Shown: positions 17,984 to 26,487, numbered from the stretch's first letter. The stretch: 64,000 nucleotides of DNA from a virus (IMGVR_UViG_3300048813_000140:50702-114701), one strand, 5' to 3'. Translations and numbers: made by a program. The notes: generated from the letters alone by a model not told the origin.

Positions 17984-18402
17984 ATGAAAATGATTGAAAT
18001 AGATGATACCAAAATATCAGTTAAAGATTTCTCAAAATGGATTCGAGCGCTCCGCTCTGGAAAATTTCAGCAAACTAGAGGAACCTAAATGATATGGCTG
18101 GTTTTTGCTGTCTTGGGGTGGCCTGTATGGTGTTTATTCCTGAGAATATAGCCAAAACACGCCCACGCTTTGGGGACGATAGTGGTAGAGAATTTTTAGT
18201 AGGTGATATGCCAGACAGTCAACCCCATGCACCAAAATGGGTAAATGATATTGACATGGATTTCGAATTGAGAACTGGAACGCCGCTAAGTTCGCTAAAT
18301 GATGGAAGTCTTGATCATGCGGCTCTCACGTTCGACGAGATTGCCGACGTTCTTGAGGCAGTATATCTAGAGAAGGTTTTAGATGAAGTCGATCCAGCTT
18401 GA
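17984..18402 (+). pseudogene. Split or frameshifted paralog of gene 11800-12189 (N-part 17984-18088, C-part 18094-18402 in a different frame)
   Basis: FSKWIRALRSGKFQQTRGT* aligns to FTKWIQALRSGEYKQTTGQ. After the stop, a different frame continues MAGFCCLGVACMV...TFDEIADVLEAVYLEKVL, homologous to the rest of the paralog. Confidence 0.5.
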
Positions 18403-18571
18403 GTGCGAAAAATGTGGGACAGTGCCAGACACTATCTATGTTATAGAGCCTTGGTATTGTTGCGAAGAATGCGCTCTCGCCGAAGTGAGACGGCAGCGTT
18501 TTGAAGAAGAAAATATTTTATTTGACAATGATAACGCAATGCAGGATAATGAGGTTGGAGGTATCAAATGA
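18383..18571 (+). CDS. small zinc-ribbon protein (62 aa; CEKC...CCEEC)
   Basis: ORF track. Two Cys pairs. Confidence 0.45.
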   Translation: MKSIQLECEKCGTVPDTIYVIEPWYCCEECALAEVRRQRFEEENILFDNDNAMQDNEVGGIK

Positions 18572-18795
18572 TCAGGACGATGGTCAATAAACAAGAATAT
18601 GATGTGATGTTCGAGGATATTGGAGCACATCAAAGACTTATAGTGTTTCAGGAAGGTAAGCGTATAGGTCACAGAGATCTAGGACTACTAACCGACACAG
18701 GACGTGGAGTGATTGATTACTGTATTAAAAAGATACTAATGGATATTGAGATGGAAGAATTTTTAACAAACCCAAATGGAGAAATTGTTATATGA
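18568..18795 (+). CDS. hypothetical protein (75 aa)
   Basis: ORF track. ATGA overlap. Confidence 0.5.
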   Translation: MIRTMVNKQEYDVMFEDIGAHQRLIVFQEGKRIGHRDLGLLTDTGRGVIDYCIKKILMDIEMEEFLTNPNGEIVI

Positions 18796-19610
18796 AATAT
18801 CTAAGCGTAATTATGTTTTTGTCTTTGGCTGGCTGTGGTACGGAATTTGCCACAGTGCAATACAAACCCGCACCATCTTGTACTACGGTAGATACTAGCA
18901 CTGGAGCGACAGTTACTTGTCCAGATGGCAGTACGTCTACTATTACCAATGGCACAAATGGTCAAAATGGAGCCACAGGTCAGGCAGGGGCTACAGGAGC
19001 TACAGGAGCTACTGGAGCCACGGGTCCATCCGCACCTACACCTCCCACAACGCCAGTGAGTACAATCGTATCAAACTACGACGAATATTTGGTTAGCCAG
19101 GGTAGCGATCCTTTAAGTCCAGGATTGAGATGCACGCTTTACAATGTTCCTAACTTGCCTGCTACGCCTTGCCTGCTATCTAGCAGCATCGTAGGATGCA
19201 CGCAGCTATCGACTACGGTTGGATACGCCACGGTAGCAACTTGGACCTATAACGGGACAATTAATCAAGCAAATGAAAATGGCACTGCTGGATTCAATAT
19301 GTTACCAACAGCACTACAGCCATTATATTCTTCAAACTTTGCAATCACTTGTACTGGATATATTGTCAATGCAGACTACAATTATCACGAATTTGACACA
19401 TCTAGTGATGACGGCTCATTGCTGTATATCGGTGGAAGTCTAGTGGTCAATAATGACGGCCTCCATTCAGTAGCCAATGTTAAGGCTGAGAAGTACCTAG
19501 AGGCTCAAGTTTATTCCTTTCAGATAAACTACTTCCAAGGCCCCGGACAAGTATCCCTGATCGCAAATATGGACGGCGCTCCAATCCCTGCGGCGAACTT
19601 CTACCACTAA
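18792..19610 (+). CDS. secreted lipoprotein with a collagen-like G-X-Y repeat (272 aa)
   Basis: MKYLSVIMFLSLAGCG is a perfect lipobox (LAGC). Nine consecutive GXY triplets GTNGQNGATGQAGATGATGATGATGPS. The C-terminal beta-rich domain is Cys-containing. Confidence 0.7.
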   Translation: MKYLSVIMFLSLAGCGTEFATVQYKPAPSCTTVDTSTGATVTCPDGSTSTITNGTNGQNGATGQAGATGATGATGATGPSAPTPPTTPVSTIVSNYDEYLVSQGSDPLSPGLRCTLYNVPNLPATPCLLSSSIVGCTQLSTTVGYATVATWTYNGTINQANENGTAGFNMLPTALQPLYSSNFAITCTGYIVNADYNYHEFDTSSDDGSLLYIGGSLVVNNDGLHSVANVKAEKYLEAQVYSFQINYFQGPGQVSLIANMDGAPIPAANFYH

Positions 19611-19612
19611 AA

Positions 19613-19795
19613 ATGCGCTGCGCTTATTGTTCTTCCATTCTTATCCCCTTAGATCCCGTCCAGCAAACTTCCGCTGGATGGGATAAACTATTTATAGTAT
19701 TAGATAAAAAGACTCTTTATTTCTGCTGCGTAGAATGTCAAGATAAATACCGTTTCAAACTAAAAACAAAGGTCATCGGCATATTCAGTCGTTAA
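19613..19795 (+). CDS. small Cys-rich protein (60 aa; CAYC...CCVEC)
   Basis: ORF track. Confidence 0.4.
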   Translation: MRCAYCSSILIPLDPVQQTSAGWDKLFIVLDKKTLYFCCVECQDKYRFKLKTKVIGIFSR

Positions 19796-19799
19796 TGGT

Positions 19800-19975
19800 T
19801 TTGACACTGTCTATAAATTCTACAATACACAAAATCTACACTAATTGCGATAACTTGCATTATAAAACTTAGATTCACGTATAAAAGTTCTACACCATCT
19901 CCTAATGATACTGTAATGAAATCAATAAGTTAAAGTTGGCACGGCTTCTGCATTAATAGTATATGTGAGGTGCGA
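19800..19975 (+). promoter_or_regulatory. Upstream cassette G with a sigma-54-like -24/-12 element (TGGCAC-ggctt-CTGCA at 19937-19952)
   Basis: TTGACACTGTCTATAAATTCTACAAT and AAGTTCTACACC blocks lie upstream. GAGGTG RBS. The ATG is at 19976. Confidence 0.5.
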
Positions 19976-20527
19976 ATGAAGAACTACAAGAATGTAGATA
20001 TGGCAGAAATACGAGAGTGGGTATATATAGCAGAAGACATTGTGGCCGATACAATTAAAAAAGAGAATATAGTAGACTATGGAACATGTGTATTGGGCGC
20101 TGGTATTAAAATTAACTTCATTTGGCCACGTTGTAGGAAGCCAAGAGAAAGAATACTTATCAGTCAACCATTCCAGGGTAATGTATCGAACTATAGAGCC
20201 CTTAAGACAGCATTGGATTATTTACAATCTAAAGGTGTTGACTGTTTCTATGACGACGGAAGGGTGGATCTTGGGGGACGAATGATAACCAAGGAACAAC
20301 TCGAAGCTTGGATCGAAAAGAAGGCCATAGATCACGCTACCTCACCATTGGGGTTCAGCGGTAGAGATCACTTCGACAGCCATGAGTATATCAATTTCAG
20401 AGGTGGTGCAATGATGATGCTATCGATGATTTTGATGTTATCTGATGGACTGCAAAAACTGTACTACGACGATGGGATTGGTAAGGGTATTTTAGATGAT
20501 ATAGCAAAAATGTTGGAGGAGAAATGA
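19976..20527 (+). CDS. hypothetical protein (183 aa; the track lists a GTG at 19970)
   Basis: The ATG is 4 nt after GAGGTG. Confidence 0.6.
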   Translation: MKNYKNVDMAEIREWVYIAEDIVADTIKKENIVDYGTCVLGAGIKINFIWPRCRKPRERILISQPFQGNVSNYRALKTALDYLQSKGVDCFYDDGRVDLGGRMITKEQLEAWIEKKAIDHATSPLGFSGRDHFDSHEYINFRGGAMMMLSMILMLSDGLQKLYYDDGIGKGILDDIAKMLEEK

Positions 20528-21591
20528 TCTTACTTACACTGCTTATCGTGCCGACTCTAGTTGCTTTGGGATTCTTCATCTTTGGAGGTAAGAAGGTTAC
20601 GTTCATAGAATTTGTTATCCAAAATGTAGTTCAAGTTGTTATAATGGCTTCGTTCTTAGCCTTTACGAGTTGTCAGAATACGGCTGATGTGGAGGTATGG
20701 AACGGTAAGGTAGCCTCAAAGGAACGCGTTAGAGTATCCTGTAGACATTCGTATTCTTGCAATTGCTACGAGAGTTGCAGCGGCAGTGGAAACAATAGGT
20801 CATGTCACCAAGTATGTCAGACATGCTACGAGCACGGCTACGATGTAGACTGGGACTTACACACAACCAATGGAGAAGGTATAGGTATTGACACCATAGA
20901 CAGACAGGGAGTAGAGGAACCTCCTAGATGGACAGCCGTAAAGGTTGGAGAGCCCACCGCAGTTACGCACAGCTTCAAGAACTACATCAAGGGTGCTCCT
21001 GACTCATTGTTCCGTAAACAGGGCTTATTGGAGCAATACAAGGATCAGATACCGGCTTACCCAGAAAGAGTATATGATTACTACCACTTGAATAGGTTGG
21101 TCACGGTAGGGGCCTCGGTAGAAGAACCTAATAAGTGGAACCAAGAGCTAGAAGTGATTAATGGGGAGCTAGGTGCCAGTAAGCAAGTGAATATCGTGAT
21201 GGTCGTGGTAAAGGGTAAGCCCGAAGAATACTTCTACGCACTAGAGCAGGCATGGCTTGGAGGAAAGAAGAACGATTTCATAGTGGTAGCGAACATTGAT
21301 GAGAACAATTACGTACAATGGGCCAAGGTAATGGCTTGGACCGACAACAAGGAAGCGGAAGTTAACACTGCGGATTATATGGTGAATCGTAAATTGCCAT
21401 TATCGCTGAGTGTTTTAGATAGTATAAAATATATCGTAATTGAGCACTACAAGCGCAAACCTATGAAGGACTTTGAGTATCTGTCCCACAATTCAAAGCC
21501 CACAATGGGACAGTGGATATTCGCAATGATCTTGGGATTAGGGATTTCAATTGGAATGGGTATAATGTTCGAAACAAACGATTTTAACTAA
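20524..21591 (+). CDS. membrane protein with an N-terminal TM, a Cys-rich ectodomain (CRHSYSCNCYESCSGSGNNRSCHQVCQTCYEHGY) and a C-terminal TM (355 aa)
   Basis: Hydrophobic N- and C-termini. Directly upstream of the LemA-like gene. Could be a TPM-like partner (inference). Confidence 0.7.
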   Translation: MILLTLLIVPTLVALGFFIFGGKKVTFIEFVIQNVVQVVIMASFLAFTSCQNTADVEVWNGKVASKERVRVSCRHSYSCNCYESCSGSGNNRSCHQVCQTCYEHGYDVDWDLHTTNGEGIGIDTIDRQGVEEPPRWTAVKVGEPTAVTHSFKNYIKGAPDSLFRKQGLLEQYKDQIPAYPERVYDYYHLNRLVTVGASVEEPNKWNQELEVINGELGASKQVNIVMVVVKGKPEEYFYALEQAWLGGKKNDFIVVANIDENNYVQWAKVMAWTDNKEAEVNTADYMVNRKLPLSLSVLDSIKYIVIEHYKRKPMKDFEYLSHNSKPTMGQWIFAMILGLGISIGMGIMFETNDFN

Positions 21592-21607
21592 TAACAAAGG
21601 AGAGAGT

Positions 21608-22174
21608 ATGAATGCAGCAGTAAAAGTTTTGTTGGGCCTTTTGGTTGTGGGAGCGCTATTTACAGGTATCGGAGTCATATCCTTTATCTCAATCAACAAT
21701 GAGCTAGTCGTACAGGAAGCGGGCCTAGATGCCCAGTACAAGCAGAATCAGAACAACTATGACAACTTCACCAAGAAGGTCGTGGAAGTAGCTCAAGTGC
21801 CTGCCATGATGCGCGACGACCTTGAGAAAGTGACCAAGGCGGCTATTCAAGGTCGTTATGGGGCCGATGGGTCAAAAGCGGTTTTTCAGTTCATCAAAGA
21901 ACAAAACCCTTCTATCAGTCCAGAGATCTATACCAAGATTCAACAGGTTATCGACTCAGGCCGTACAGCATTTGAATCAGAACAAAAGATGTTGCTTGAC
22001 AAGAAACGCGTATACCTGATCCAACTTAATAGTTTTCCCACAAACTTCGTAGCACGACTATTGGGCTTTCCCAAGCTTGATCTTACTAAGATCGACATCG
22101 TAACCAGTGATGATACTGACAAGGCATTTACATCAAAGAAAGCTGCACCACTGAAAGTCAGAGACGAAAAATGA
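21608..22174 (+). CDS. LemA-family-like membrane-anchored protein (188 aa)
   Basis: An N-terminal TM is followed by NNELVVQEAGLDAQYKQNQNNYDNF...VPAMMRDDL, resembling the LemA consensus (YN.LV......AW..I..QL.RR.DLIPNLV). RBS AAAGGAGAGAGTATG. Confidence 0.65.
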   Translation: MNAAVKVLLGLLVVGALFTGIGVISFISINNELVVQEAGLDAQYKQNQNNYDNFTKKVVEVAQVPAMMRDDLEKVTKAAIQGRYGADGSKAVFQFIKEQNPSISPEIYTKIQQVIDSGRTAFESEQKMLLDKKRVYLIQLNSFPTNFVARLLGFPKLDLTKIDIVTSDDTDKAFTSKKAAPLKVRDEK

Positions 22175-22386
22175 GTAGAAAATCTGATAACTTAGAGATA
22201 TTGAACCAATTAAGTGAGTATTTGTCCAAGAATCCAGACATTAGATTTGGGCAAGCATTGAGAAACATAGGTATTGTTTATGACCATCAAAAACCAGACG
22301 GTACAGTCGAATGGGCAAATCATTTCAATGAGGAACCCGATATGATGCTTAAACGTATGGAGAAACGAAAGAAAGGACATATATGA
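22171..22386 (+). CDS. hypothetical protein (71 aa)
   Basis: ORF track. ATGA coupling. Confidence 0.5.
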   Translation: MSRKSDNLEILNQLSEYLSKNPDIRFGQALRNIGIVYDHQKPDGTVEWANHFNEEPDMMLKRMEKRKKGHI

Positions 22387-23057
22387 AAATTATTTCAGAA
22401 CAAGAACTAAAAGACATACTAGATAAACATGGTAAGTGGATTAGGAATGAAGAAGGTGGGTCTCGTGCGAACCTGTCTGGTGCGAACCTGTATTGTGCGA
22501 ACCTGTCTGGTGCGAACCTGTCTGATGCGGACCTGTCTGGTGCGGACCTGTATCGTGCGGACCTGTATCGTGCGGACCTGTCTCGTGCGAACCTGTCTGG
22601 TGCGAACCTGTCTGGTGCGAACCTGTCTGATGCGAACCTGTATCGTGCGAACCTGTATCGTGCGAACCTGTCTCGTGCGAACCTGTCTGGTGCGAACCTG
22701 TATCGTGCGAACCTGTATCGTGCGAACCTGTCTCGTGCGAACCTGTATTGTGCGAACCTGTCTGGTGCGAACCTGTCTGATGCGGACCTGTCTGGTGCGA
22801 ACCTGTATCGTGCGAACCTGAAGGAAACGGCATTAGCTGATAAAATTATAGTTAATTTCCAGCTTGGCCAACATACTGCCTCGTATATGGGATCGGACGA
22901 GATTGTCATTGGTTGTCATAAACATCCGATAAGTCATTGGATTGAGAACTACGAAAAAATAGGAAAAGACAATAATTACACCGAAGAACAAATCAAGCGA
23001 TATGGACAGTTTATAAAAAGTTGTCATAGGGACTTTAACAAAAACAAAGGAGAATAA
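22383..23057 (+). CDS. pentapeptide-repeat protein (about 28 tandem A(N/D)L(S/Y)xx repeats) with a C-terminal globular domain of about 85 aa; 224 aa
   Basis: [25 protein letters not shown]... is encoded by 15-bp tandem DNA repeats gcgaacctgtctggt (22456-22822). The same repeat family as Qnr / MfpA-type DNA mimics. Confidence 0.8.
   Translation: MKIISEQELKDILDKHGKWIRNEEGGSRANLSGANLYCANLSGANLSDADLSGADLYRADLYRADLSRANLSGANLSGANLSDANLYRANLYRANLSRANLSGANLYRANLYRANLSRANLYCANLSGANLSDADLSGANLYRANLKETALADKIIVNFQLGQHTASYMGSDEIVIGCHKHPISHWIENYEKIGKDNNYTEEQIKRYGQFIKSCHRDFNKNKGE
22456..22822 (+). repeat. 15-bp tandem DNA repeat array (about 24 units), coding for the pentapeptide-repeat domain
   Basis: tgcgaacctgtctgg / tgcggacctgtatcg variants in register. 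This explains the artefactual ORFs on both strands at 22349-22909. Confidence 0.85.
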
Positions 23058-23059
23058 AA

Positions 23060-23221
23060 TGGGAATCACTAAAGCACAAAAAGCAGACAAACGTAAATCA
23101 GCCGAAGCACGTCAGGCAAAATATGACGCACTGACACTGGAGCAAAAACTTGCTAGCCCTACCCTTGGGTCAAGAGAGCGAACTAAGTTGTTAGCTAAAC
23201 AAAACCAAAAGCGAGGATAAC
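23060..23221 (+). CDS. small basic protein (53 aa)
   Basis: RBS AAAGGAGAATAAAATGGGA. Under 60 aa. Confidence 0.4.
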
Positions 23222-23554
23222 ATGGCTAAAATTTCAAACAAAAAACCGGCAATGTTTTTTCAACCAGGGAACCCCGATCTGCCTGATGATTTACTACACG
23301 GCGCTAGAATTAGAATATTCTACCCAGATGGTAAGGTGGAGTGGGCATCATTTTGGAAAATGCACTCCGAAGACGAATCCGAATCATATTTTTTTAGTGC
23401 AAAGCCATGCTGGTTCGATATTAACCATAATGAAGAAGATGGAACATTTACAAGAAGAACTCCGCCCAAAAGCATGAAAGAAGCTATTTCAAGAGCTAGA
23501 AAATATGACAGAGAACATGGCTTTCCCACAATGAAGTTGGTATCTGAGTTATGA
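23222..23554 (+). CDS. hypothetical protein (110 aa)
   Basis: ORF track. RBS AGCGAGGATAACATG. Confidence 0.6.
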   Translation: MAKISNKKPAMFFQPGNPDLPDDLLHGARIRIFYPDGKVEWASFWKMHSEDESESYFFSAKPCWFDINHNEEDGTFTRRTPPKSMKEAISRARKYDREHGFPTMKLVSEL

Positions 23555-23859
23555 GAACATTCGAAGAGCTAACAAGCCAAGAACAAACTAGAGCGCTAAA
23601 GGCTAGCGTGGCCTGGCTGACAGACGACATTGCACACGGCGTTCTAGAAGTAACCTTGATCAACCCAAGGCGTCAACATAGGCTGGATACAATCCTATCA
23701 GACGCAAGAGTTCGGGAGATGCCAAGATTAGGTAAGTTAGCGATTTTGAATGATAAAGTTCTGATGGAAGAGATCGGCAAATTAGCACTTGTGGATGCTT
23801 CAGAACACATATATAATGAATTTGGGGATAGAATGAAATCGGAAGGATACCTACAATGA
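23551..23859 (+). CDS. hypothetical protein (102 aa)
   Basis: ORF track. ATGA coupling. Confidence 0.55.
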   Translation: MRTFEELTSQEQTRALKASVAWLTDDIAHGVLEVTLINPRRQHRLDTILSDARVREMPRLGKLAILNDKVLMEEIGKLALVDASEHIYNEFGDRMKSEGYLQ

Positions 23860-24056
23860 AACTGATAAGCGTTAGTCTAGGAAGAACCAAAGAGTTTGAA
23901 GTTCGTGGTGTTGCGAATGTTACAACCAAAGAAGTGAAATTTCAGACCGTACTCAATGGCGTAGCTTACTATGAGAGCAAAGACTACGAGAAGGCCCGTA
24001 GAGCTATGATGACAGGGGTCCGTGTCAATACTACAAATAAGGAACGTGCCAATTGA
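23856..24056 (+). CDS. hypothetical protein (66 aa)
   Basis: ORF track. Confidence 0.45.
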   Translation: MKLISVSLGRTKEFEVRGVANVTTKEVKFQTVLNGVAYYESKDYEKARRAMMTGVRVNTTNKERAN

Positions 24057-24239
24057 AAACTGATTTTTGGGGAGTTGGAGACTACTGGCTACTGGAAGCG
24101 CAAGCGCTTAAAGCTGTTGGATTAACTAATCACCCAAAGGCAGGAGAGTTATATGCTCTTGCCTGGCACTATGGATGGCAGGGAGATATAGAGGAAGTAG
24201 TCAATGTTTTAGCAGATCTAGCAGAAATGGAGTTGGGTA

Positions 24240-25118
24240 ATGAGCAAGTTTAAAAGAGGCGATAAAGTAAAAGTAAAAGAGACTGGATTGCAAAGTTTTT
24301 CGTCTCAATGTCTCAGGGGCAGAGTATGCACAATAACGGCAGTATACGATAACTACGTATCTCTTGAAGAAGAGGCAGAAGTAAGGCCAGAGGATATATC
24401 TAAGGGATTTGGCGGAGTACACAATTGTGAGATTGAATTTTTGGAACCGGTAAAAGAGGAGACAAAAGTGAAAAAGTTTAAGGCTGGCGATAAGGTTAGA
24501 TTTATCAGAGACATATCGGATATCAGTTTTGGATTTGGTAAAATTTACAATTGTGTGGGCTTCACTCATTACGATTATTCCGGTGCGGGATGTGTCTCAG
24601 TAGAGAAGGATGATCAAGGCAGACCTAACGGTTGGTCTGGAGAATATTTTGAAGTAGTGAATGAAATCGAAACAGTAGAAGGAGTCGTAAATAAGCTAAA
24701 CGAATATCGAAAATTCGTAAGAGAAGTATTCAGTATATACGCAAATCAAATCGAGCGTAGAGAAAATACAGACTCAGCATGGACCAATGCCAGCGATGTT
24801 TCAGTTAGTAAGCACGAGTATCGCGTTAAGCCAACGCCTACGATGGTGCCTTGGAAGACCTCAAATGGTTGGGAAGTGTATCTAACAAATGACTTTACCA
24901 ATAGTACTAAGAGCAGGAATATTCGTATAGGATGCCAAGAATTTGATGTTAAGCGGTTGCGAGATACTTTAGAGTCATTAATCGAGAGTAACTCTACGTC
25001 ATCAACTTTTGATCATTTACGCTTGTCGGCTACTAGAAAGGGAGTTTACTGGAAGGAATACACATTACCTTGGGCAGACGCCGACCTTTTACTCAAAGAA
25101 TTGAAGAAGTTAGTATGA
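24240..25118 (+). CDS. hypothetical protein (292 aa) with two N-terminal 'K(R/A)GDKV(K/R)' SH3/KOW-like repeats
   Basis: MSKFKRGDKVKVKETG... and KKFKAGDKVRFIRD... are similar to the N-domain of gene 16072-17223. Confidence 0.7.
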   Translation: MSKFKRGDKVKVKETGLQSFSSQCLRGRVCTITAVYDNYVSLEEEAEVRPEDISKGFGGVHNCEIEFLEPVKEETKVKKFKAGDKVRFIRDISDISFGFGKIYNCVGFTHYDYSGAGCVSVEKDDQGRPNGWSGEYFEVVNEIETVEGVVNKLNEYRKFVREVFSIYANQIERRENTDSAWTNASDVSVSKHEYRVKPTPTMVPWKTSNGWEVYLTNDFTNSTKSRNIRIGCQEFDVKRLRDTLESLIESNSTSSTFDHLRLSATRKGVYWKEYTLPWADADLLLKELKKLV

Positions 25119-25381
25119 AATGGAATAAAGTAACCGAGGTATTGCCGCCCGATGGTACAGATGTATTGGTCTGGACAGGAACAAGATTTATAGTCTCCTA
25201 TGCTGAATATTACGGAATAGAAGAGTTATCCAAGAATATGGTTGGACAGAGACACGCAGAGGAAATAATCGCAAGTGCCAAGAAGGCACAGGGTAAGTTT
25301 AGAGAGTTTGGCGGAAGTTATTACTTTGACGACCCAAAAGTATACTGGGCCGAGTTGCCCACAAAACCGGAGGATGCATGA
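25115..25381 (+). CDS. hypothetical protein (88 aa; the track frame starts at 25070)
   Basis: The ATG at 25115 overlaps the upstream stop (ATGA). Confidence 0.55.
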   Translation: MKWNKVTEVLPPDGTDVLVWTGTRFIVSYAEYYGIEELSKNMVGQRHAEEIIASAKKAQGKFREFGGSYYFDDPKVYWAELPTKPEDA

Positions 25382-25845
25382 AGAAGGGTAAGCCACAAAA
25401 AATCAAATGGAAAGACTATGCTCATATATTTTTCCAGCATCCTACGCCATTGCACCCAGATGACGGTGCAGACTGTGGAGCATGGGCGTTACATGCCATA
25501 ACGAAGAAGCCTCTAAAGGGTATAATGAAGCTTTCCAAGAACGGACATTGGTCCAATGCGACAATGTTTAAGTACTTGAGAAAGAACGGTTTTGAAGTGA
25601 TACCGGTAACGATGGGCAATATGGTTGAGGCTCATAGCGTCAATAGTGGACGTAAGCCCATGCTTGGGAAATATCACGTAATGCTCATTGAGCAGCATTG
25701 CTACAAAGAAGAGAATACTTGGGCAGTCTTGCATAATAATGAGATTTCTCATTCTGGTGAATTATTGCCGCTAGATCCTCTGGAGATGATCAACTATCCA
25801 TTGGCGGCGGCATACTTGATTCACCACAAGAATTGGAGGTTTTAG
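25378..25845 (+). CDS. hypothetical protein (155 aa), possible Cys/His peptidase-like (DCGAWALHAI ... HNNE)
   Basis: ORF track. A Cys-then-His arrangement preceded by a small residue. Weak. Confidence 0.55.
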   Translation: MKKGKPQKIKWKDYAHIFFQHPTPLHPDDGADCGAWALHAITKKPLKGIMKLSKNGHWSNATMFKYLRKNGFEVIPVTMGNMVEAHSVNSGRKPMLGKYHVMLIEQHCYKEENTWAVLHNNEISHSGELLPLDPLEMINYPLAAAYLIHHKNWRF

Positions 25846-25951
25846 ATGTTAGTAATTGTTCCAATTTGGATTTTGGCCTACTTAACACCTTACCCGATAC
25901 TTACATCATGCGTATTAGTGATAGCGGCTTATGGATTTATGGGAGTACTAA

Positions 25952-26126
25952 AATGACACTCAGAGGATTATCAAAGAAAATTGCTAAGTTAGCCAAGAAA
26001 CATCCTGGAAAAAGGATTGAATGGATAAGTTCTTACTTTAGACCAGATGATTTGTCAAATGTAAGATACGTAGAAATAGACCTACACGAGGGGAAGTCTT
26101 TGAAAATTAAGCTGGAGGTAAAATGA
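25952..26126 (+). CDS. hypothetical protein (58 aa; the track extends to a TTG at 25833; a 36-aa TM peptide at 25846-25956 in another frame is an alternative)
   Basis: The internal ATG at 25952 is preceded by an AAAATGA junction. TTGGAGG-N7-ATG at 25846 starts the hydrophobic peptide MLVIVPIWILAYL... Confidence 0.35.
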
Positions 26127-26329
26127 GAATCATTTTTTTAGTTGCCATATGGATAGGGAGTGGATTGTGTACTATTGGTTTACGATCTGCCTATGATCCG
26201 AGACCTGTTACTCTCCAAGAGTCGGTCGTTTTCGTTGCCGGTGGTCCTGTGTTTCTCTCAATAGCTCTGCTACTTACCGCAGCACATCACAGCGACTATT
26301 GTGTGGCCAACTGTAAGGGAGCTAAGTAA
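26123..26329 (+). CDS. small membrane protein (68 aa, 2 TM)
   Basis: ORF track. Hydrophobic. Confidence 0.45.
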   Translation: MRIIFLVAIWIGSGLCTIGLRSAYDPRPVTLQESVVFVAGGPVFLSIALLLTAAHHSDYCVANCKGAK

Positions 26330-26487
26330 TGGATTTCTTTTCATATGCTGTGCTGTTATTCATTGCCTATCAGGTTCATCGTATAGGTAAGTATGTCAAG
26401 GTTATTATAGCGATAAAGCTTGGTATGGTGCCAGAATCCAGAGAAGAACTTGTAAAAAGAAATATCGAAAGACTGGATGAGTTATGA
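26329..26487 (+). CDS. small membrane protein (52 aa)
   Basis: ATG overlapping the TAATG junction. Hydrophobic N-terminus. Confidence 0.35.
   Translation: MDFFSYAVLLFIAYQVHRIGKYVKVIIAIKLGMVPESREELVKRNIERLDEL

Noticed and set aside
22456-22822. Possible CRISPR array (regular short direct repeats)
   Set aside because: The repeats are contiguous 15-mers with no spacers and lie inside a coding gene. No cas genes are present.
22349-22909. Three long overlapping ORFs on both strands (22349-22909 minus, 22429-22821 plus, 22441-22833 minus) with extremely repetitive translations
   Set aside because: They are frame-shifted readings of the 15-bp tandem repeat. Only the pentapeptide-repeat frame (22383-23057) has an RBS, translational coupling and a non-repetitive C-terminal domain.
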